Position numbers and translations under genes: made by a program. From Chiloscyllium plagiosum (lineage: Eukaryota), in the NCBI RefSeq assembly GCF_004010195.1, contig NC_057753.1, forward strand, positions 3,503,514-3,567,513: a stretch of 64,000 nt of DNA. Reading direction: 5' to 3'. Shown piece by piece: positions 24,009 through 36,942 of this stretch. The notes under the pieces were generated by a model that was not told the origin of the DNA, did no database searches, and saw only the letters and a list, made by a program, of their open reading frames with translations. Each line of letters opens with the position of its first letter. Positions within the stretch are counted from its first letter, which is position 1.

Positions 24009-25139
24009 GTAGATATTTGTCAGCTACAATAACTTTTTGTTTCCATTTTGCCAGTAGCACAATGCACTTTGCTGATATCCTTCCTTCCATTAAATTGAAT
24101 GTTATGTCCTATTCACCAGTTTAATATCTATATTTTAAATGGTATTTCTTTTTTTCTTCTCTTATAATATCATTTTCATTATTTCATAGCAGCAGTTCTT
24201 TCTACAATCTTATGGTATCTTCAATATTTTGACATATTTTCTGGCATTAGATGTCTAATTCATCTCACTAAACATTCTAATTTCAGACCCTGGCCAAAAT
24301 AACTCGTTGTGTCTAATTTGTCGCCTTTTTGTTACGCTTGTAATTATTATTTTATCGCATTGATGATGTATTATTGTCACATTTGCAATCTAATTAGATT
24401 TTGTTGTATTATTGGCACGATAAAAACACTTGTTCTCACAGATATTCTAATTCCATGTGTTATAAACTATGCTGTTGTGGTTGAATGTTAAAAATATCTA
24501 ATGATATGCATATAGTTCTGAAGTAGCATTCATAAATTAATTGCGACTGAGTTTTTATGACAATATATGGATGTCGTTCTCTTGTCAGGTTGCAATGTCT
24601 TTGTTGGTGAATTTTCACACATTGCACTGTGTGTCTAGTTCCATTGTGGCGTGCACATTAATCTTGCTGGTGAATGGTGCTGTGTTATTTGATTGCAAGT
24701 GTATGCACTGCAATTGCTGGCAGTGGTAGTGGCAGGACAATTCTCACAAATTAACACATCATTGAAGAGTAGTGAACCATTAAATAATTGTCCACTGAAC
24801 AAATTTAGTGAACAGACGCCATTTGCACCTAAAGTTTGGCAGTTTCGCTAACAGTGTTACTGTTGCTCTTCCCTGGAAGGCAGTACTTGTCCGGAGTTCA
24901 TAGGAACATCACGTCTATTCTCAGTCTGTAAAATATATCTTACTTGCAAGTTACTGCATAAAAAGCTAGCCATTTTTGATGTTTGTAGTTCGATGATTGA
25001 ATAATCCTTGATTTCTGGTGTAATTCATTCCAATGAGCATATTTTCTTTTAGCTAATGTGAAATTCAGAGGAGACATGAATTTTCTGCTTAACAAGATAT
25101 GACAAATAGAATTCCACACTGGTCAACGTTGCGGCCTTA

Positions 25140-26560
25140 CTAATTGTGCTTTGTTCAAATGACTTAGATGAATTGGGATTGTACTGGAGGGTTCACGACG
25201 ATGAAACCTGGGTGGAGCATTTCAGCTTACCAAGATGGTAGATTAGCCTCGGTTGTTAATGTTGAAGTAGAGAAGGTTGAGCAGGGATTTAATGGCGGTC
25301 GATAAGACTCTGAGGGTCATGGGAAAAATAAATGGAGAACAGCTGAGTTCCTTCATCAAAGGTCATTAAGAAGGTCGTTTATCTCAGCTAGAAAGAGTGA
25401 GCTTTGGAGTGGATTGAGATATAAACGTTTGTACTCAGACGGTTTTGGGAGATTCAGTGCATCTCCAGGAGGGTAATTAAAGTGAGAAACATCACATCTT
25501 GGACGAGCACTTGGAACATCACAACATTGAAATCTGTGAGCCTGGTATGGAAAGTGGGATAGGTTATGCAACAGTACATTTTTGGTGATACAGACTCAAT
25601 GAGCTGAATGGCTACTTCTGTACTGTATGGTTCTATGATAATATAAATGGATGCAATATATGATTCCACATTTTATTTATTGTACAAAGATAAGTAGAAG
25701 ACCCATAATTGTGGAGAGAACTTATAGAGTCCCCAAATTTAAATAGATGGGTGAAATGAGTGGGAGAATATATGACTGATGGAGACAATGTGAGAAAGTG
25801 TGGACTTAATATCATTAACAGGAAGAACAAGAAACACAAGGCATGTATGAAATGAGGAGAATGTGCGGAAATCTGGAATTCAAATGAATTTATGTGGCGT
25901 TATGCAGAAATAATAAACAGAGTATCCAGGAGCAAGATATCGAATGTGTCATATATTGCTCGTGGATTGAAACCGAATCAGCATTGTTTTGATGCAGTCG
26001 TTCAGGGGAAACGTGAAACCATACGCAGAGATGTGTAAAGCTTTAGTGTTCTCATTTAAGAAGGGACAATATTGCACCAGAAATTTTCAGGTAAGAAAAA
26101 AAAACCTAATTAAATTAATGAACGCGTTATGAGGAAAGATTTTCCGGCTGCAGTCGGTATTCATTAAATTTTCGAAGAATGACAGCTGATTTTGAAGGAA
26201 CATGGAAGGTACCGACGAGACAACTGATGACTTGTGAAAGTTAATTTCCTCGAGAGGAGTGGATGCTATTTAGACATAATTAGTCTCGGATTTGAGATGG
26301 AGGTCTGACAATGTTGTCTGTTATTTCTAATAACGGCCCCTGAATCCGTAGCACTCTGGCTCCCTCAGAGTGGTGGAATCACGCTCTTTGAATCTTGTAA
26401 ATATTTGATGTAGTTCAAGATATGATTAACAAAGGAGATACAGAGCTGCATTAGGAAGTTTTAAAATGGATTTAATGCCACGTTCATATCATGCAATGGT
26501 CCTGTTGAATAACAGAGCGAGCTAAAGGGGCACAGTAGTCGTTTCCTGGTCCTACACTGA
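25140..26560 (+). mobile_element. Two very decayed CR1 3' fragments in the GPCR intron
   Basis: Remnant motifs (agggttcacgacgatgaaacctggg; ctccctcagagtggtggaatc) and 3'-UTR-like ends near 25630 and 26550. Confidence 0.5.
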
Positions 26561-27309
26561 AATAGTCACTTATGCACCTCTGAGTTCATATGACTGCTAA
26601 TGAGAGATTTGTTTCCTACTTTTTGCAATTGGTAATGTCTCAAGTGTTTACATCCTCACTATTTTATCCCCATGAAGAGAGGTATCATAACTGGTGAAAC
26701 TCACATCCAGTATCTGTCTTTTTATTGAAATATCCAGTTTGGGCAACATTAATCAGTTATTCCCGGTGTGGTATATAACATAGTGTTTTGCATTGCATTA
26801 TAATGCTTTGTCAGAGAGATACCTGGTCATTTACGAAACTCTGCAATCAGCTCTGCTCATAACATTCCAAGTTATTCTTAAGTCACTAGTACATTGTGTC
26901 ACAGATATCTGAACAGGAACATGATTTTTTCATTCACTTTCTGCTGTTTTGCAATAGTTTTGAGTAAAGTAATTATTAACTTTTCCAAGCGTGAATGACA
27001 TTAAAATAATTTATTCCAAGGAAAACAATTGGGTCCTCAGTAAAATATAAACTGTGTTGAGTTAATTTCTACAATTTTGCAATTTCCGTTATTTGATTAC
27101 ATTGATATTCTCGATACTTGTTTGTTAATGTGTTATTTTCCTTGTGAATTGGATAACCTTTTATTGGTTCTGATGTGAACTTGATTTCTTGTTGTCCTCT
27201 ATTGGTTCCTAGTAGGCTATGTTGACAATGTTATTTGGAAATTTCAGATAAACATTTTTCGTTAATTAAGAAAGGGTAATAAGGGATATTGGCCAAAGAC
27301 AGGTAAAGA

Positions 27310-29425
27310 AAAAAGAACAACGAAAATTTACAGCCCAGGAGCAGGGCCTTCGGCCCTCCAAGCCTGAGCCGTTCCAAATCCACTGTCTAAACCTGTCGTC
27401 CAATTCCTACATATCTGTGCCCCTCTGCTCCCCACCTACTCATGCATCTGTCCATGCACATATTTAATGAGTCTACCGTGCCTATTTCGACTACCTCTGT
27501 TGGCAATGCGTTCCAGGCACCCAACACCCTCTGTGTAATGTACTTGCCGCGTGTATCACCCGTAAACTTTTCACCCCTCACCTTGAACGCGTGATCTCTC
27601 GTTGTTGAATCCTTCATCCTTGGAAAAAAGCTTATCTCTATCTACCTGTCTGTGCCCTTCATTATTTTGTAGACCTCAATCAGGTCCTCCCGCAATCTTC
27701 TTTTATCTAATGAAAATAATCCTAACCTCCTCAACCGCTCTTCATATCTAGCACCTTCCATACCAGACAACACCCTCGTAAACCATCTCTGCACCCTGCC
27801 AAAGCATCCACATACTTTCGGGAATATGACAACCAGAACTATACACAGTATTCTAAATGTGTCCAAACCCAATGTCTTGTACAGTTTTAACATGTATACT
27901 TATACTCAATCCCCCGTNNNNNNNNNNNNNNNNNNNNNNNNNNNNNNNNNNNNNNNNNNNNNNNNNNNNNNNNNNNNNNNNNNNNNNNNNNNNNNNNNNN
28001 NNNNNNNNNNNNNNNNNNNNNNNNNNNNNNNNNNNNNNNNNNNNNNNNNNNNNNNNNAAAAAGCTTATTAATATCTACCTGTCTGTGCCCTTCATTATTT
28101 TGTAGACCTCAATCAGGTCCTCCCGCAATCTCCTTTTATCTAATGAAAATAATCCTAACCTCCTCAACCGTTCTTCATATCTAGCACCTTCCATACCAGA
28201 CAACACCCTCGTAAACCATCTCTGCACCCTGCCAAAGCATCCACATATTTTCGGGAATATGGCAACCAGAACTATACACAGTATTCTAAATGTGTCCAAA
28301 CCCAATGTCTTGTACAGTTTTTACTTATACTCAATACCCCGTCCGATGAAGGCAAGCATATCATATTCTTTCTGACCACTCTACCCACCTGTGCAACAAT
28401 CTAGAGGGTACAATGGATCTGCACTCCCAGATCTCTCTGCTCATCAACTTTTCCAAGGCTCTTCTGGTTACTGTATAATTCGCTCTCGAATTAGACTTCC
28501 AAAATATATCACCTCACATTTGCCCGCAATGAACTCCATCTGCCACTTCTCTGCCCAACTCTCCAGTCTATATGTATTCTTCTGTATTCTTTGACAGTCC
28601 ACTATGCTTTCTGCTACGCCACCAGTCTTCGTGTTATGTGCAGACTTGCTGATTATACCAACAGTGCCCACTTCCAGATCGTTTATGTATATCACAATCA
28701 ACAGTGGCCCAAACACTGATCCCTGTGGAACACCACTGGTCACCTTTCTCCATTTCGAGAAACTCCCATCAACTACTACTCCCTGTCTCCGGTTGCTCAA
28801 CCAGCTCTTTATCCACCGAGCTAGAACACCTTGCACTCCAAGTAACTTCACTTTCTCCGTTAGTGTAACCTGGGAATCTTCTCAAACACTTTAATAAAGT
28901 CCATGTTTGTGACATCTACAGCCCTTCCTTCATCTATTAACTTGGGCACTTCCTCAAAGAGCTGTATTAAGTTGGCAAGGCACGATCTCCCCCGCAGAAA
29001 ACTATATTGTTTTTCACTGATAAGCCCATTCTTTTCCAAATATAAATAGATTTTATCCCTCAGAGCTTTCTTCAACAACTTTCCCACCACTGACGTCAGG
29101 CTCACTGGTCTGTTCTTACCTGGAATATTTCTACCACCCTTCTTGGACAGGGGGACAACATGAGCAGCCCTCCAGTCCTCCGGCACCTAACCTGTGATTA
29201 CGAATGGTGCAAAGATATCTGTCAGGGCCCCAGCTATTTCCTCTCTCATCTCCCTCAGCAATCTGGGATAGATCCCATTCAATCCTGTGGATTTGTCCAC
29301 ATTAATAACCTCTAGCCTATCCAACACATCTTCCCTACTTAGGTCAACATGATGCAGAGTCATTAAACTTTTATCTCTAATCTCAACATTCATCATGACC
29401 CTCTCCTCAATGAGCATCGATGCAA
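27310..29425 (-). mobile_element. CR1 LINE ORF2 3' half in the GPCR intron, spanning the assembly gap
   Basis: PEDWRAAHVVPL.KKG, RPVSLTSVVGKLL, SGVPQGSVFGPLL..YINDL, LFSLDKRRLREDLIEVYKIM. Confidence 0.92.
27918..28057. other. Assembly gap (140 N)
   Basis: Run of N. Confidence 1.
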
Positions 29426-29745
29426 ATGGATTTAGACCAGAGATCTGCCATGATATAATTGAAAGGCAGAACATGTTTGAGGGATTGAATGAGGATAATT
29501 TGTTCTTGTGTTCCTATTATGTATTTTATCTCCTAAATGTTTAATCTGTGTTGCTATTTCAAATTGTAATCGATGTGACAGTAAGGTGTAATTGTCAACT
29601 TAGCATTATGACTAAAAATTGAAGCTTGACAGAGAAGTTTGCAAAACATTTAATTATGTTGCATTTGAAATACCACTATTCCAGTTCTGCTTTATAATCT
29701 CTCTAATGCACCTCTTTCCTACTGCTCTCTCACTCTTTGCCGTAG

Positions 29746-30656
29746 CTAACTTTGCCGTGATCGTGATCATGTCTCGAAGCCGATGTGGTCTAACTGGGTG
29801 TATCACGTATTACCTGGTTTCTATGGCTGTGACAGATCTTCTGGTTATGATAACAGCTGTAATATTAAACCGGATTGCTGGGATTTACTTCTCATCCAGT
29901 TTCCTGTCGATCACACCCGTGTGCAGTGTTCGTTCCGCCCTAAATATTGCAGCAATTGACAGTTCTGCCTGGTTAACGGTAGTCTTCACTGTTGATCGAT
30001 TTATATCTATTGCCTGTCAGAAACTGAAATTAAAATATTGCACTAAGAAAGTGGCATCACGCATTATAGGAATTGTGTGCATGCTCAGCTGCGTAAAAAA
30101 TATATTTACCTACTTTCAGTTGGAACCTAGATATATAATTGACAATATACCTTGGTTCTGTAACATAAAACAAACACTTTATACCTTTCCAGCATGGATC
30201 GCTTATGTCTGGATACGTTCCATATTAACCCCTTTCCTCCCATTCATTCTGATTTTGCTGCTCAATGCTTTGACTGTCAGACACATTAGAGAGGCCAATC
30301 GAGCCCGTAGGAGACTTCGGAACCAGAGCAATGGCATGATTGACCCAGAGATGGAAAAGCGGAGAAAGTCCATTGTCTTACTCTTTGCTATCTCAGCCAG
30401 TTTCATTATGTTGCATTTGTTGTCTTTTGTGACGATGCCTTATGTCCGAATTGCAAACACAACGTATTCCTCAGGTTCAGGTAATCGCAATTATATATTC
30501 ATTCTCCAACAATGTGGGTACATGCTTCAATTATTCAGCTCCTGCGTCAATCCTTTTATTTATGCTGGAACACAGAGAAAATTCAGAGATGAGTTAAAGA
30601 ATGGGGTTAGATACATCCTCAGGTACTTTGTGAAACTATTTATTTTTTGCAAATAG
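29746..30656 (+). CDS. GPR139/GPR142-like class A (rhodopsin-like) GPCR, coding exon 2; spliced product 326 aa
   Basis: Open frame with class A motifs: YLVSMAVTDL, TM3 Cys, SAWLTVVFTVDRFISI, ECL2 PWFC, PFILILLLN, LLFAIS, NPFIY, helix 8 KFRDEL; acceptor ctctttgccgtag; stop TAG. The 345-aa ORF-track N-terminus is intronic. Orthology to GPR139 not established. Confidence 0.93.
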
Positions 30657-31919
30657 AATAATCCCGCTGGGTTTGCACAATATCCCACACTTATCTTCGA
30701 ACATAATATCCTCTTTTCAAGCTGCACTTGCTTTATTCAGTGCTTGATTTGAAGTAAAGAGGAAAGAAGGTTGGAAGCATGGCGTCGAGCTTTAAATGTG
30801 TTCCATCATTCCATTAGATTATAGCTGATTTATCCCAATGCCATTCTCCTGCCCTATTACTATACCTTTTGAGTTGTTCAATGTCTAGAAATCGATCAAA
30901 TAAATTATTGGAGAAATTCAGCAGTTCTGGCAGTCTAGGTGGAGAGAAAACAGAATTAACATTTTGAGTTCAATTACCCTTCTTCTGACGGCTCTCCACA
31001 GATACTACCAGACCTGTGGAGTTTCACCAAGGGCTTTCAGTTTTTCTTTTGGTTCAAATTTTGAGTATCTGCAGTTGCTTGCTTTGCTTACAGATATCCA
31101 TCAATCTCTGTCTTGAATATACTGAGTAGTTGTGATATACAACCCTGTGTTGACATGGAGATGTAAGCATACACAAATGATCCTCAAAATCCGTGTTAGC
31201 TGGTTGAGTTGTCCATGGTTTGAAACTTTTAAAGTTTACATGAAACCAACCAGGAACTGGGGCAGATATGCGCTGGCATATTGCATAGAATAGCTACTTA
31301 ATGTCCAGCATTGGAAACATGCTCGTTCTCTGAGCAGCAAAATTGTCTTATAAAGAAGTTTTTTAAAAAGTTTGTTGCTTTTCTTATTTCTTCAGTTGCC
31401 TTGTGTTCTTGCGTGATAAAAAAACAGAGTTAAATGGAAGAGGAAAAACATGCAAAAGGATAATGAGTCTCACTGCCTTTAATTAAGGATAGAATCCTGA
31501 AGAATCATTCTTGCACTTTGTTTCCCACTTCTTGATGATTTTCTTTCTGTTTCTTCCTCTCTTCCTTATTTATCTCCTTCTCCTTTTCTTCCCCTTCATG
31601 CTCAGCCTGTGTGATTTTGGCATAAAAGCATAAGGTTGACAGGATACAGCTCCTAAGACATCAATTGGGAAAAAAAAGTGTCTAACTGAAGCATTAAAGA
31701 GTCCTAGAGATCTGTACCAAAGAAAAAAGACCTTGGAACAATTGCTTCCACGCTGCTCCAAAAGAATAATGAGAGAAAAGTGGCATGGAACTCGTCAGCC
31801 GCATGTTGTGAAGGGATGATTCATGAATTTTGAACATCTGTTTTTGTACTGTCATCTAATTGAGAAATAATTGATAAAAGCCTATCATTGTATATCGTCT
31901 ATATTTATGCTGTCACGGA

Positions 31920-33535
31920 TAGAAAGAACAAAGAAAAGTGCAGCTCAGGAGGCCCCCAAAACCTGTAACAATGCATTTCTTCCTTCCACAATAAAACTTT
32001 GTTCAATTACAGGATCTGTATCCTTCTATTACCTTCCTGTTCATGCATTCGTCCGGGTGTATCTTGAACACTGCTATTGTATCTGCTTCCACTACCTCTT
32101 CTGGAAGATCTATGCAGGCACTCAACTCCCTTTCTCTGAAAAACCGACCTCGCACATCTATTGAAAACTCACTTTATCTGTCTCCCATAATAATTCACCC
32201 GTCCACCCTAGAAAAAACTCATAGTTTTCAAACTACCCATCTATCACGTCGCCCTCCAACTTCAGCATTCGAATGTAAACAATCCCAGTTTATCCAATTT
32301 TTCTTCAATGCTAAAATCCTCCATTTCAGGCACCATACTGGTAAAGCTTTTCTGTACCCTCTTCAACACATCCACATCCTTCTGGTAATGTGGTGAGCAT
32401 TCGACGTGAGGAATAATTAGAATTCTATGAAGCTGCATTATAACTTGCCTATCCTGATACTTAATGTTACTTCTCATGAAGGCAAGCATGCTCTCTGCCT
32501 TTTCAAAACTAACGATTCAACCTGAGCTGCCATCTTCAGTGATCTGTGGACCTGCACCTCAGATCCCTCAGCATATCACTGCATCTCAGCATTTTACCAT
32601 TCACTGTACAGTTTTCACCTGTACTTGACCTTCCAACATGCATCACCTCACATATCCCTGGATTAAACTCTATCTGCCATGTTTCTGCCCATACTGACAA
32701 TTAATCTACACCCTGCTGTATCCTCTGATAATCCTACTAACTATCTGCATCTCCACTAAATTTGGCATCTTCCACAAACTTGCTAATTAGGCTAGCTACA
32801 TTTTCCTCTAAATAATTAATGTAGACCACGAGCAGCAGAAGTCCCAGCAGCGATGCCCGTGGAACACTATGAGTCACAACCCTTCATTCGAAAAAGCAGT
32901 TTTCCACTGTTACTCTTTACCTCCTATGATTAAACCAGTTCTGTATCCGATACCATATGAGTTCACCTGCCAGTCTGCCATGAAGGCTTTTGTCAAAGGC
33001 TTTACTGAAGTCCATGCAGATAGCATCAAACATGCATCCCTCATCAAACATCTACTTCCCCTCCTCAAAACAACCCACCAAATCAGTGAGTCACGACATA
33101 CCCCACATAAAATCATGTTGTATATCCCACTGCTTCTAAATGCGGAATTATTTGAGCCGTAAGAACCTATACCAATTATTTCACGATCACAGAGGTGAGG
33201 CTCATAGGCCTGCAATTTCCTGGCTTATTCCTTCAACCTGATTTAAACAATTGACTATTCTCCAATCCTTTCGGACCTCACCCGTGGCCAAAGAGAATAC
33301 GAAGATATCTGCCAATGTTCCATCAACTATTCCCTTGCCTCCATCAATATTCTGGGATATTTGGACCCGGGGACATATTTACCTTTATGCATTTTAATGT
33401 GCATCGCCTCTTCCCTTTCAATAGCCACTTTATTTCGAAATTAGTCATTCATTTATCTGAGGTCATCCTCCAACAATTCCTGCTCTTTGATGAATACAGA
33501 CACAAAATACTTATTTAAGACCGCACCCATTTCAT
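31920..33535 (-). mobile_element. Decayed CR1 ORF2 3' half
   Basis: SPHYQKDVDVLKRVQKSFTSMVP…LDKLGLFT and upstream RT remnants. Confidence 0.85.
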
Positions 33536-33859
33536 TCAATAAATAGCGACAGAGCATTTCGTACAGTTCTTTAACTCGACAAGTTTTATAACCTATACAC
33601 ACAAGTTAATCATAACTTCGATTGAGTCTGTATATTTCCATTTTTAACTCATTAAAACAGATAAGATGAGATTTTTTAAAAAGATGGAGAACGCAAAGAC
33701 ATTAATTTCAACTTATATTGAGAAAAATATTTAGCAGCTCAGAAATGACAGTGTATGAATTCTTGCAATATTACATGCCACACGACGTCACATGTTGAAA
33801 TAGACTTCCAATTTTTTTGAAATGGTAAAGAACATTATTTGATTCCACTTGAGTACAAG

Positions 33860-34310
33860 TCACTTGTGACTCTATTTACAGAACATGAACCTGTAAATTC
33901 CCAGCTGAAGCTCTCATTCTAGGGATTCGGGGGTGGTGGTGGGTGGTGGGAGGAACTAAACCTGCCTGTGTAATGTCAGACTGAAGACGGGCCATGTTTT
34001 AACAGTGCATTGGTGTGTTTCTCTATCTGCGCGCTCAGCTGAATGCAGAAGACAGCCTGGAGCCGATTCTGAAGATTATGAGAGGATTGGGAAGCAAGTG
34101 GCCACTCAGCTTATATTTAGTCTTAAATCAACAATCAAACTGAAAGTTTTGTAAAGTAATTATTCTCTTCTGCTTTGTGAGAGTTTACTCTGCACATGCT
34201 TGCTGTGGCTTATTCTAAATTACAGTAGAGAGACCATTTGCAAAAGTTCATCATTTGTTATGCGTCATTTTACAAGTTGAATATTGGTACAATGTAAATA
34301 AAGTTCTATC
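33860..34310 (+). mobile_element. Old DeuSINE-like (SacSINE1/AmnSINE1-type) relic
   Basis: Weak resemblance to the Deu domain and tail recalled from memory (tctgcgcgctcagctgaatgcagaaga…attctgaaga…tttgtgagagtttactctgcaca). Confidence 0.4.
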
Positions 34311-35994
34311 GTGTTTTTTGGCTCGAGTAAAACAATTTTAATCATCTCTGTGAGAAGATAAGAATTGTCTTCCATATGAATTAGAAAACTTCCATCACAT
34401 TTATCATTTGCTGAACTGAAAGCTAAATGTCAAGATTTCTATGATGATTTTCAACATTTTGTAATATTCAATATGTTTCACAATTCTTCAAAACGAGAGA
34501 GAACACCGTTTTCTCTTCTGCACCCGAAACACTGAAAAAAAAAACAGGAAAACGTAGCTCTTGTTGGTTTAATGCGGACGTTGTAAAAGTTGGCTTCACG
34601 TTTACCGTGAATGTCAGCATTGAAGGCATCATTTAATGGTCTGTTATCAGAAAGAAAAAAAAGATTGGTTTTCTGAGAGGGCAACAGAGGTAACACTACA
34701 ACACCAGCCATTAAAAGTGATGACCTGACTGAGATGATACAAGAAACAATTGGCTTTCAGAGCTTTCCAGGAAGCTGGACAATGCTGGTGTGGGATTCAG
34801 GAGGATTGTGTGACCATGTCAAAAGCTGTGCTATAGAACCATCGAATCATACAGTACAGAAGAGTTCCTTCAGCGCACCGAGTCTGTATCGTCAGAAGTA
34901 TATTATGACCTATAACAATCTCGTGTTCTTTCATTCTAGACACCCACTACCCTTTGCGAAATGGATATTTTCCTCACATCCCCTCACATTAACTTCCACT
35001 ATTAACTCATGCCCTCTTGTTATTGAACTTATCGTAAGTTTGAGAAAATGAGCAATGATTATTCATCATGTTCATTATCACTTAGTTTTTTTTGATTTGC
35101 GATCTTGATAAGATATACGAAAACATTGCAACATTTGGCAATTTATCAAAGGCATTGAAATGCACTGCTGTATTTTACATTTAGCAGAGATTTAGTCGGA
35201 TAACTTATATGCAGTGACATTAAAGAGGGAAAAGAGATAAAGGATATGTAGAACTCCAAAAGGAATGGGGATGTAGGAAATCCGAAACAAAAACGGAAAT
35301 TGTTTAAAACAAAAGCAGCAGGTCTAGCATCATCTATGTTACTGGAATTTATGATCTTCAACTTACAGGCACATTCTTCCTCGGGAATGGGTATGAGAGT
35401 AATTCCGCAGAACAGCCACATAAAATCCACCTCTGTATTTTATAAGGAAAGTTCTGCAGGGCCTGTTGCCCAAGTGAGCAGGAAGCGGTTAGAACTTGGA
35501 ACACTAAAAACTCCACCTTGCATATTTTCCATGCCGCCAGTTGGTGATTCAATGAAACAATAGATCTGTATACTTGTCATCTCACAATTTGGTTAAGATC
35601 GTAACTGCGATTCAAAGAGCGAGCAAAACGCAGTGTCTAAGCAATATTTACGTGTTTCTTTTTTTTCTAAGGTTATTCTTCACCGTATTGAAATTAGCAT
35701 CCCTTTCCAGTAAACCAGCTCTGTTGAAACTGTCAGCATGTGGAGGTAAAGCTCAGAAAGCTTTGAAATTTATTCTTAGAATTGCAGTAAATACAATGTT
35801 GAACACAGAATTGAAAGGAATAATGGCAGCTTGAAAGCACGGTGAGCTGTTAGCGATGGGAGTTTTTCTAATTCCTAGTCAACAAAGACCACTTCAAACA
35901 TTTGACAGTGAGAGGGGTTCCTTCCTATTATACCAACGAGACTTAAGTCAAGATCAAAACCTGTAGTTGTTACCTAAATTCTATCCTCTATATA

Positions 35995-36942
35995 GAGTCA
36001 CAGAGTCATTGAGATGTACAGCATGGAAACAGACCCATTGGTCCAACCTGTGCATGCCGACCAGATATCCGAACACAATCTAGACCGACCTGCCAGCACC
36101 CGGCCAAATCCCTCCAAACCCTTCCTAGTTATATACCAATCCAAATGCCTCTTAAATGTTGGAATTGTACCAGCCTCCACCACTTCCTCTGGCAGCTCAT
36201 TCCATAACCGTATCACCCTCTGTGTGAAAAAGTTGCCCCGTAGGTCTCTTTTATATCTTTCCCCTCTCACCTAAACCTATGCCCTCTAGTTCTGGACTCC
36301 GCGACCCCAGGGAAAAGACCTTGACTATTTACTCTATGCATGCCCCTCATAATTTTTTAAACCTCTATAAGGTCACCCCTCAGCCTTCGATGCTCCAGGG
36401 AAAACAGCCCCATTCTGTTCAGCCTCTCCTTATAGCTCAAATCTTCCAACCCTGGCAACATCCTTGGAAATCTTTTCTGAACCCTTTCAAGTTTCACAAC
36501 ATCTTTCCGATAGGAAGGAGACCAGAATTGCATACAATATTCCAACAGTGGCCTAACCAATGTCCTGTACATCCGCAACATGACCTCCCAACTCCTGTAC
36601 TCAATACTCTGACCATAAAAGAAAGCATGCCAAACGCCTTCTTCACTATCCTATCTACCTGCCACTCCACTTTCAAGGAGCTATGAACCTGCATTCCAAG
36701 GTCTCTCTAGCACTCCCTAGGTCCTTACCATTAAATGTATAAGTCCTGCTAAGATTTGGTTTCCCAAAATGCAGGACCTCGCATTTATCTGAATTAAACT
36801 CCATCTGCCATTCCTCAGTTCATTGGCCCATCTGGTCAAGATCCTGTTGTAATCTGAGGTCACCCTCTTCGCTGTCCACTACACCTCCAATTTTGGTGTC
36901 ATCTGCAAACTTTCTAACTGTACCTCTTATGCTCGCATCCAA
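35995..36942 (-). mobile_element. Young CR1 3' fragment
   Basis: FADDTKIGG, YRTLVRPLLEYCMQFWSP, LFSLEHRRLRGDLIEV, NFFTQRVIRLWNELP; highly similar to 56410-57362. Confidence 0.93.

Noticed and set aside
29619..29745. N-terminal 42 codons of the 345-aa ORF
   Set aside because: TTG start running through the intron's polypyrimidine tract; the real start is in exon 23939-24008, supported by the paralogous exon
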